DNA of 32,000 bases, taken from Candidatus Nanogingivalaceae bacterium (lineage in GTDB: Bacteria > Patescibacteriota > Saccharimonadia > Saccharimonadales > Saccharimonadaceae). This document shows, one piece after another, positions 1 through 6,370 of the stretch. The translations under genes and the position numbers were made by a program. The notes beneath the pieces are model-generated. The model saw only the letters and a program-made list of their open reading frames with translations. It was not told the origin of the DNA and searched no databases. Within the stretch, counting starts at the first letter, position 1. Each line of letters begins with the position of its first letter. The stretch is taken from contig CP072208.2 of the NCBI GenBank assembly GCA_015257795.3, positions 390,001 through 422,000 on the forward strand. Direction: 5' to 3'.

Positions 1-2044
1 TATGACCAGTTGAGTCAAACAAGATATGAGAAATATCATCCTTGATCTCTTGTTTCATATCTGCAATTTCGATTTTACGTTCAACTTCGCGATCGGTTTT
101 AATTCGCAAATAATGACGAATCTTACCAATCAATTCTTCACTATCTTTAAGATATACAAATCCACGAGAAATCACATCTGGAGTCTTCAATAACCGACCC
201 GTTTTCTTACTAATAGTTAGAACAATAATAAAGATTCCCTCTGTCGAAATATGCAAACGATCTTTTACAACAGCATCATGAACCGTGTTTCCAGTATTGT
301 CATAAAGAATTGATCCAACATGAACGCGGCCACCTTTTTTAATTGTGCGCTCTTTGGTTAATTCAATAATATCACCGCTATCCGCAACAAGAATTTCATG
401 TCGTTTTAGCCCAAGCACTTTTTGCGCCATTTCGGCATTATGTTGAAGCATATAGAATTCACCGTGAACTGGCAAGTAGTTTTTTGGACGAATAGTTTCA
501 ACCAATCGAACATGATCATCATAATATGCATGCCCCGAAAGATGTAGAGGGCCAATTCCGTGATAATGACCACGGCCGTGTTGAATTACACCGGCACCCT
601 CGCGCAACAATCCATCCACTGTTGAGGCAACTCTAGGCTCATTTCCAGGAATAGGACTTGATGAAAACACCACAACATCAGTTGCTTTAATTTTCACAAA
701 TCGGTGAGCTCCAGTTGCCATGCGGTTCAAAACAGCATTTAATTCACCCTGTGAGCCGGTACATACGATTGAGACTTTCGAATCATCAAGTTTAACGATA
801 TCTTCCATTTTCACAATAACATCTTTAGGAACTTTAATTTTTCGTGATCGCAAAGCAACTTCAATTGCGTTAATCATTGAGAAACCTGCAAAAGCCACTT
901 TCCTATTATGTTTTACCGCTTCATCGAGAATCAATTGCAATCGATAAATCTGACTTGAAAAACATGAGAAAATCAATCGAGCGTGAGGGTAAGCTGTCAT
1001 AACCTCGCCAACACTTTCACCAATGGAATATTCACTGTGTGGGTGTGTTCCCGGTGTATCAATATTAGTACTTTCGTTCATTAATAGATCAACGCCCTCT
1101 TTTTGCGCAATCTCAGCAAGACGTGGAAGGTCGAACTGTGTGTCGACTGGATCATTTTCGAAACGCCAGTCACCCATATGTACAATGTTTCCATTTGGCG
1201 TACGAATAACCATCGCTACACATCCTGGAATTGAGTGAAGAACATGCACGAACTCAAGCGTCATATGCTCAGAAATCCTAATCTGTTCGTGTTTAAATGG
1301 ATCAACAACTTGATAGTTTGGTGAAACTTCAACAACCGCCTCTTCCATTTGACGCTTAATCATACCAATCGTAAAATCAGTAGCATAAATTGGAATATTG
1401 TTTCCAAATTCAGGCAAGAGCTGACGAACTGCACCAATGTGGTCAAGGTGGGCATGAGTAAATGCAACCGCTTTAACTTTATGCATATTATCTTTCAAAT
1501 ATGTAATATCCGGCGTCATAAAGTTTACACCAGGGTAGTCTTCGTTAGGAAAAATTGAGCCCATATCGATAACTAGGATTTCATCCATATACTCGATTGC
1601 GAACATATTTTTACCAATTCCAAACTCGCCCAAACCACCAAGCGGAATCACTCGCACGCTATCTTTTTCTGGGCGAAGTTTTTTCAACTTCGAAGCCGTT
1701 AATTGTTCACCATCAAAACCATTGAACAGCGATTTGTTAACAGGGATATTTACGATATGTTGCGTTGCGCGCATATTAATGTCATTTGAGATCATTCTTT
1801 GAGCACGAATAACCGCACCACGCCTTGTTGTTGTTGGTAGATTTACCTTTTTTGCATCATTTTTTTGTGAATGATTGTGCTTAGCGATATTCTTTGCTTT
1901 TTGCTGAGCTACTTTTGCAGACTTCTTTTCGCTTTCTTTCTTGCTGTTTCCAACGTATTTATCGCGATTTTTTTGCAGATCTTGCGCCTTTTTTTGTAAA
2001 TTAGCCCGCTTTCGAGCCTGCTTTTCATTAAAATTATTAGTCAT
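1..2044 (-). CDS. rnj: Ribonuclease J (metallo-beta-lactamase / beta-CASP). The C-terminal end runs off the window. It carries a Lys-rich N-terminal extension of about 135 aa.
   Basis: My own minus-strand translation from the ATG at 2044 (AAGGAG just upstream) stays open down to position 2. It reads MTNNFNEKQARK...VIPLGGLGEFGIGKNMF..., contains the HxHxDH motif FTHAHLDHIG, and continues ...LHLSGHAYYDDH.... It is missing from the ORF track because there is no in-window stop. Confidence 0.85.
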   Translation of the reverse strand, partial: MTNNFNEKQARKRANLQKKAQDLQKNRDKYVGNSKKESEKKSAKVAQQKAKNIAKHNHSQKNDAKKVNLPTTTRRGAVIRAQRMISNDINMRATQHIVNIPVNKSLFNGFDGEQLTASKLKKLRPEKDSVRVIPLGGLGEFGIGKNMFAIEYMDEILVIDMGSIFPNEDYPGVNFMTPDITYLKDNMHKVKAVAFTHAHLDHIGAVRQLLPEFGNNIPIYATDFTIGMIKRQMEEAVVEVSPNYQVVDPFKHEQIRISEHMTLEFVHVLHSIPGCVAMVIRTPNGNIVHMGDWRFENDPVDTQFDLPRLAEIAQKEGVDLLMNESTNIDTPGTHPHSEYSIGESVGEVMTAYPHARLIFSCFSSQIYRLQLILDEAVKHNRKVAFAGFSMINAIEVALRSRKIKVPKDVIVKMEDIVKLDDSKVSIVCTGSQGELNAVLNRMATGAHRFVKIKATDVVVFSSSPIPGNEPRVASTVDGLLREGAGVIQHGRGHYHGIGPLHLSGHAYYDDHVRLVETIRPKNYLPVHGEFYMLQHNAEMAQKVLGLKRHEILVADSGDIIELTKERTIKKGGRVHVGSILYDNTGNTVHDAVVKDRLHISTEGIFIIVLTISKKTGRLLKTPDVISRGFVYLKDSEELIGKIRHYLRIKTDREVERKIEIADMKQEIKDDISHILFDSTGH

Positions 2045-2151
2045 TATTCTCCTTGATTTAAAGCGTTCGAAAAATTGTTTTTAAAGGTCGGATTTTCTCG
2101 AACAAGTAATATTTTAGTACTTTCATTTTACCAAATCTTACGAGGAAAGTC

Positions 2152-2176
2152 AAATAAAAAAAGAGCCCGCGGGCTC
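2152..2176 (-). terminator. Rho-independent terminator after the 178-aa orphan
   Basis: Perfect GC-rich palindrome GAGCCCGCGGGCTC (2163-2176), followed on the minus strand by a T-run (the A-run at 2152-2162 on plus). Confidence 0.7.
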
Positions 2177-2181
2177 AATAA

Positions 2182-2718
2182 CTAAAAAGCAAAAAACGAT
2201 ATTTTTATGCGCTCTAAAAGAGAAAATTTATAACCTCTCTTCTTCAACTCTTTATACAAAATAAAGATCACGTCCTTTTTAGGGTTCGGGATTTTAGCTT
2301 TATTTTTTAAAAGAGTTTTTATACCTTTTAATATAATTTCACGATGTTCGGGTTCTAGATAATCTATTCCGTGATAAACAAATCGTGGTAATATATTTAC
2401 AAACTCCCTTTCGAAAATATTATATTTTTCAAAAATAGATAGTTCAACCATATCTATGTTAGAGATTTCTTTTCTCGCGGCTCTTGAAATATCATATCCA
2501 ACATCTCGCCCAGTGATATCAGAAAGCTCTTTACGGAAAACTTCACAAATATGAATTTTACCTTCAAAGTTCGTAGAATGTTCTTCTATCAATTTTGGAA
2601 TACGCTCTCCAATTGTCTGCACTAAAGCCCGAGGATTACGAACACCCTCCAACGATAAGTCACTTAAAATCCCGATGTATTTGCTTTTTTCGTCTAAAAG
2701 TACTTCTTCTTTTGACAT
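2182..2718 (-). CDS. Hypothetical soluble protein (about 178 aa), no recognisable family
   Basis: ORF-track entry 2182-2733. I moved the start to the ATG at 2718 (MSKEEV...) because GGAGG lies 8 nt upstream. The gene has its own promoter and terminator. Confidence 0.6.
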   Translation of the reverse strand: MSKEEVLLDEKSKYIGILSDLSLEGVRNPRALVQTIGERIPKLIEEHSTNFEGKIHICEVFRKELSDITGRDVGYDISRAARKEISNIDMVELSIFEKYNIFEREFVNILPRFVYHGIDYLEPEHREIILKGIKTLLKNKAKIPNPKKDVIFILYKELKKRGYKFSLLERIKISFFAF

Positions 2719-2750
2719 TTTGGCTACCTCCAAAAAAATAAGATTATTTA

Positions 2751-2780
2751 ACTATACGCTTTTTTTGAATTTTTGTCAAT
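2751..2780 (-). promoter_or_regulatory. Sigma70-type promoter for the 178-aa orphan
   Basis: Minus strand reads TTGACA (2780-2775), an 18-nt spacer, then TATAGT (2756-2751). Confidence 0.55.
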
Positions 2781-2808
2781 AAAAAATCCCTGCATATTTG
2801 CAAGGATA
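2781..2808 (-). terminator. Terminator after paralogue B
   Basis: Minus-strand hairpin UCCUUGCA-aaua-UGCAGGGA (8 bp including one G-U pair), followed by UUUUUUAUU. Confidence 0.55.
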
Positions 2809-2827
2809 TTAAGAGATTCATCAGCTA

Positions 2828-3382
2828 TTACCAACGAATAACCTTACTGACAATAGCAGTCCCAACAGCAATAACATTAGAAAGAACAGGTGCAATAGGC
2901 ATCAAAATAGCTGATAAAAAAATACCGACAACAAAAATACGGTTAGCTACAGTATTCTTTTTTAAATATCTGTCACTTGCATCTATCACATAATCATCTA
3001 TCGCGTAATCTTCTTTCATCATGTCATATTCATTTTCTAACACAAAAGCTACTGCGGGATATTCATCTGCAGGAAAAAGCAGCCATTTTTCACCTTCTTC
3101 CGAATAGAACGCCATGAATTGTTTCGGCGCACGAATTTTGGGCTCTTCAATAATACAATATAAACTACCTGCAGCAAGAAGTATAATACTTACTAGAGCT
3201 CTAACAAGAGATGGATGGAACAAAACTACAATAATACCTAATATAAGACCAAAAACCGAGAGAAGAGCATTTATCCCTTTATAAATTGTTTTTCGACGCC
3301 TACCAAAATATTCTGTCGCCTCATCCATGTTATCAAATACTGGCAATTCTCTGCCGTTGTATTGTTTCTTAACTAGTGTCAT
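2828..3382 (-). CDS. Hypothetical 4-TM membrane protein, paralogue B (184 aa)
   Basis: ORF track. GGAGG lies 8 nt upstream of the ATG. The layout is a basic N-terminus, a TM hairpin, a soluble loop of about 70 aa (IRAPK...EGEKWLLFPADEYPAVAFVLE), then a second TM hairpin. It is a paralogue of 3574-4167. Confidence 0.75.
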   Translation of the reverse strand: MTLVKKQYNGRELPVFDNMDEATEYFGRRRKTIYKGINALLSVFGLILGIIVVLFHPSLVRALVSIILLAAGSLYCIIEEPKIRAPKQFMAFYSEEGEKWLLFPADEYPAVAFVLENEYDMMKEDYAIDDYVIDASDRYLKKNTVANRIFVVGIFLSAILMPIAPVLSNVIAVGTAIVSKVIRW

Positions 3383-3459
3383 AGAAACTACCTCCTAAAA
3401 AATACTTTCGCAAAAGATACGAACATATATTATGATATCATATTTTTTGAATAAGTCAA
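3305..3459 (-). repeat. Conserved 5' module, copy B (promoter, leader and first ~26 codons)
   Basis: By manual alignment, about 93% identical to 4090-4243 over about 155 nt (11 differences). Confidence 0.85.
3432..3459 (-). promoter_or_regulatory. Promoter of paralogue B; its -10 lies inside a 12-bp palindrome
   Basis: Minus strand reads TTGACT (3459-3454), a 16-nt spacer, then TATCAT (3437-3432). The palindrome TATGATATCATA sits at 3431-3442. Confidence 0.45.
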
Positions 3460-3478
3460 TAATAGCTTTTTTAGTTAT

Positions 3479-3592
3479 AAAATAAAAAGACAGCCTTAGC
3501 TGCCTTATTGAGGTGTTTTATGTAAAGTCTTGCAAGACCTTAATCACTTGAGGAGCATTTTTAGTTTTAATTCCTACCTCGATTTGATATAA
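3479..3592 (-). repeat. Conserved 3' module, copy 1: a terminator plus a relic of the last ~25 codons of the 269-aa gene
   Basis: About 95% identical to 4271-4389. It contains the hairpin AAGGCAGC-uaag-GCUGUCUU followed by a U-run (about 3487-3510), and a relic reading ...IEVGIKTKNAPQVIKVLQDFT*. Confidence 0.85.
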
Positions 3593-4167
3593 GGTATTTT
3601 TCTTATCGCCTTATTGCTATTCCTGTGTATTACAATTCTAGCAACCTCAACAATAATCACGACCGCACAAGCAGCATAGCCATTAATAGGGAGTAAAACC
3701 CCCATTAAAATATAGCCTGCAATTGAGAAATACTCTTTTTTTGCATTAATCTCTAGCTGTCTTTCATTTATAGCTGCTATGTAAGCATTTTTCTCTTCAT
3801 CGAGTTCACTCTCTAGTACGAAAGCTACTGCAGGATAATCATCTTTTGGAAAAATCAGCCATTTACCTTCTTTTTTTGAATAAATTAAGCGAACATCTTT
3901 TGCTTTTGGTGCACGAATGTCGGCTTCTGTGCTACAAGAAGCACTATAAATCACAAAACCACCAATAAAGCTGAGAATCAACTCCCCTAAATCTAATTGA
4001 TAGCTAAAAGATAACAAAACGGCTACAAAGAAGCTGTAACAAGCCGAAAAAATAATCATCACCCAAAGAATCGTTTTTCGGGCTTTGCTAAAATGTTCCG
4101 TCGCCTCATCCATGTTTTCGAATACTGGCAATTCTCTGCCGTTGTATTGTTTCTTAACTAATGTCAT
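3574..4167 (-). CDS. Hypothetical 4-TM membrane protein, paralogue A (197 aa), with a chimeric C-terminus
   Basis: ORF track. The first 33 aa are about 80% identical to paralogue B, and the loop motif EGKWLIFPKDDYPAVAFVLE is shared. The last codons (...IPYIKSR*) read out of frame into the relic of the 269-aa gene. Confidence 0.75.
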   Translation of the reverse strand: MTLVKKQYNGRELPVFENMDEATEHFSKARKTILWVMIIFSACYSFFVAVLLSFSYQLDLGELILSFIGGFVIYSASCSTEADIRAPKAKDVRLIYSKKEGKWLIFPKDDYPAVAFVLESELDEEKNAYIAAINERQLEINAKKEYFSIAGYILMGVLLPINGYAACAVVIIVEVARIVIHRNSNKAIRKIPYIKSR

Positions 4168-4243
4168 AAAAACAACCTCCTAAAAAATACTTTCGCGAAA
4201 ATACGAACATATATTATGATATCATATTTTTAAAATAAGTCAA
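4090..4243 (-). repeat. Conserved 5' module, copy A
   Basis: About 93% identical to 3305-3459. Confidence 0.85.
4216..4243 (-). promoter_or_regulatory. Promoter of paralogue A, with the same architecture as copy B
   Basis: Minus strand reads TTGACT (4243-4238), a 16-nt spacer, then TATCAT (4221-4216). The palindrome TATGATATCATA sits at 4215-4226. Confidence 0.45.
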
Positions 4244-4270
4244 CTAACCCCTTCTTTCTCTTTAATTTTA

Positions 4271-4389
4271 AAAATAAAAAAGACAGCCTTAGCTGCCTTA
4301 TTTTTTGAGGTGTTTTATGCAAAGTCTTGCAAGACCTTAATCACTTGAGGAGCATTTTTAGTTTTAATTCCTAGCTCGATTTGATATAA
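4271..4389 (-). repeat. Conserved 3' module, copy 2 (the authentic 3' end of the 269-aa gene plus its terminator)
   Basis: About 95% identical to 3479-3592. It has the same terminator hairpin, followed by a U-run. Confidence 0.85.
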
Positions 4390-5124
4390 TTCTTTTTTTC
4401 CCGGTTGAAATCTAGCTATAACCATAACTCTATCATCTTTGTTAAAAGTTGTTAACTTAATATTAAAGTTATCCTTAGCACGAGATGAAATATTGTTATG
4501 AATACTCTTAAAACACAACAATCCAAACAAAATAATAACAAAAAATACAACAACTCCAACTGCATTTGGTACATTCCTAACAATTATATCCGCCACAATA
4601 GCAAAGAAAGCCAACATGATTGCCATACAGAAAGAATAAAAACTAAATACTTGCTTATTAACTTGGTTATTAATTCTTCTCAAACAGTCAAAAGCTTCTT
4701 TTTGGATATTTGTAGGTTTCTCGACTTCCTTTGTTTTTGGAAAAACATTATACCAAACTAAGTTAGTTTTGTCGTTTCCAAAACGTTCTTTCTCAAATAT
4801 CGGTAGATCTTTGTTTAAATGCCGATGCTTCAGAATACCGATTGTATATCTCATAGCACCAAGGGCAATCTCCATCAATCCGATAAGAATAACTGCATTA
4901 TTGTTTTGCTTCAACATCGAAGCAATTAGCACAAACAACCCAATAAGAATACTTAAATCTATAAAACGATAGATTATCTTATCGTGTTTAAAGAATACTT
5001 CCGCCACCTTGTCTAGCCGCGGAGTTTTTTCATTAATAATTACCGTATCGAACTTAGCTTCTTCATATTCTTCATATTGAATGTTGTTAAAATTCTGCAC
5101 TGTACTGATTTTTGATATTTTCAT
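4315..5124 (-). CDS. Hypothetical 4-TM membrane protein (269 aa), possibly a distant relative of paralogues A and B
   Basis: ORF track. GAGGTGG lies 9 nt upstream of the ATG. There are two TM hairpins separated by a loop of about 60 aa, and that loop contains LVWYNVFPKTKE (compare KWLIFPKDDYP in A and B). The C-terminal ~64 aa look beta-rich and end in a helix. Confidence 0.7.
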   Translation of the reverse strand: MKISKISTVQNFNNIQYEEYEEAKFDTVIINEKTPRLDKVAEVFFKHDKIIYRFIDLSILIGLFVLIASMLKQNNNAVILIGLMEIALGAMRYTIGILKHRHLNKDLPIFEKERFGNDKTNLVWYNVFPKTKEVEKPTNIQKEAFDCLRRINNQVNKQVFSFYSFCMAIMLAFFAIVADIIVRNVPNAVGVVVFFVIILFGLLCFKSIHNNISSRAKDNFNIKLTTFNKDDRVMVIARFQPGKKELYQIELGIKTKNAPQVIKVLQDFA

Positions 5125-5171
5125 AATATCATACCACCTCTTTATTAATTTTCTTTACTCTTTCGAGTAAC

Positions 5172-5186
5172 TTATATATTATATAA
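5172..5186. promoter_or_regulatory. Perfect 7-1-7 palindrome TTATATA-T-TATATAA, a Fur-family-like (PerR/Zur/Fur-type) box
   Basis: Read directly from the sequence. It overlaps the -10 of the 269-aa gene promoter and lies about 25 nt upstream of the -35 of the COG0523 gene. A second inverted repeat, AATACT-tttt-AGTATT, sits at 5185-5200. Confidence 0.35.
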
Positions 5187-5206
5187 TACTTTTTAGTATT
5201 TATCAA
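5178..5206 (-). promoter_or_regulatory. Promoter of the 269-aa membrane protein gene
   Basis: Minus strand reads TTGATA (5206-5201), a 17-nt spacer, then TATAAT (5183-5178). Confidence 0.55.
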
Positions 5207-5210
5207 GTCA

Positions 5211-5239
5211 TTGCCTGGTTTTCAAAAATCTGTTAAACT
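5211..5239 (+). promoter_or_regulatory. Promoter of the COG0523 gene, leaderless-type
   Basis: TTGCCT, a 17-nt spacer, then TAAACT. The ATG at 5246 lies only 6 nt past the -10, and there is no Shine-Dalgarno. Confidence 0.45.
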
Positions 5240-5245
5240 TATTAC

Positions 5246-6346
5246 ATGAATGAAAATTTCGACTTAACCGACTTTTCGAAAGATATCTTTAATGATTTTT
5301 CGAAAACCGAAATTCAAAAAACACAAAATAATCACAAAAAAATCCCAGTTATAATGATTTCTGGTTTTTTGGGTGCTGGAAAGACGACATTATTAAATCA
5401 TCTGCTAAAAACCAATCCCAATCTAAAAATAGGTGCAATCGTTAACGACTTTGGAAAAATAAATATCGACAGCAAACTACTCTCCGGCAACTTAGACCAG
5501 CAAACTATTGAACTTAGTAATGGCTGTATTTGTTGCATGATCGGAAGTAACGGCTTAAGCGAACCTCTAGCTAAACTCGCCAATGAAGATTCTGATCTTG
5601 ACGCAATACTAGTTGAAGCTAGTGGAATTGCCGAACCTTATGACCTTCTTAAAACTTTGCAATATTCCGGGAATAAATATTCCTATTTTGGCGGAAATAT
5701 CTATATTATTGATACTCAAAATTTCGAAAATACTAGTCGGGATTTTCCAACACATTTTAAAAAATGTTTAAAGGCGAGCGATATTGTTGTTTTAAATAAA
5801 ACCGATTTAGTTTCGAAAGATAAACTCAATGATATTGAATCTACGATTCGCGAGCTAAATTCGCAAGCACCCATTATTTATAGTCAAAACTCACAGATTG
5901 ATTCGAAAATAATTTTTTCTTGGGATGAAAAACCTTTTACGGAAAGTATAGAAAACACCCATGACCACAAAAACCATATACATCATGAATTTGAGTCAAT
6001 TTCTTTCGAAACAAGAAAGCCGATCGACCCTAAAAAATTTAATGCTTTTTTAGATAATCTTCCTCAAAATCTTTTCAGAATGAAAGGAATTTGCTATTTC
6101 GGAATGAAAGGTTACGAACAAAGCTTTATAGTGCAAACCGTTGGAAAAACCGTTAATATGACTACTGAAGAATGGGAAGATGAAGAGCCTAAAACTGAGC
6201 TGGTTTTGATTGGTACAAAAATGAATAAAAGCAAAATCATTCAACAACTTAAAAAATTAGAAGATAATTCTCCAGATGAAATTACACCAGAAAATATGGT
6301 AAACTTCGAACGATTTTTCTTAAAAAATAATAAAACCGACCTTTGA
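5246..6346 (+). CDS. COG0523-family (CobW/ZigA/YeiR-like) metallochaperone GTPase
   Basis: P-loop GFLGAGKTTLLNHLL, CxCC motif NGCICCM, NKxD motif LNKTDL, and a His-rich stretch ENTHDHKNHIHHEFE. Confidence 0.85.
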   Translation: MNENFDLTDFSKDIFNDFSKTEIQKTQNNHKKIPVIMISGFLGAGKTTLLNHLLKTNPNLKIGAIVNDFGKINIDSKLLSGNLDQQTIELSNGCICCMIGSNGLSEPLAKLANEDSDLDAILVEASGIAEPYDLLKTLQYSGNKYSYFGGNIYIIDTQNFENTSRDFPTHFKKCLKASDIVVLNKTDLVSKDKLNDIESTIRELNSQAPIIYSQNSQIDSKIIFSWDEKPFTESIENTHDHKNHIHHEFESISFETRKPIDPKKFNAFLDNLPQNLFRMKGICYFGMKGYEQSFIVQTVGKTVNMTTEEWEDEEPKTELVLIGTKMNKSKIIQQLKKLEDNSPDEITPENMVNFERFFLKNNKTDL

Positions 6347-6366
6347 ATGTTTTGGTCGGTTTTATA
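6332..6366. terminator. Bidirectional terminator between the convergent COG0523 gene and pepN
   Basis: Hairpin AAAACCGACC...GGTCGGTTTT, flanked by A- and T-runs on both sides. Confidence 0.6.
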
Positions 6367-6370
6367 TTGC

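Noticed and set aside
720-1558. Three plus-strand ORFs from the track (720-947, 1023-1238, 1349-1558)
   Set aside because: They lie antisense to a continuous minus-strand frame that encodes RNase J with its catalytic motifs. Their translations are low-complexity and family-less, so they are shadow ORFs.
2760-4400. Repeated modules as a possible CRISPR array or IS element
   Set aside because: There are only two copies, with a period of about 790 bp. The repeats contain promoters and coding 5' ends. I saw no short direct repeats with spacers, no terminal inverted repeats and no transposase.
4498-4972. Plus-strand ORFs 4498-4761 and 4769-4972
   Set aside because: They are antisense to the 269-aa membrane protein gene, which has a promoter, a Shine-Dalgarno and a terminator. 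They have no start context, and their Asn/Lys-rich composition is typical of AT-rich shadow frames.
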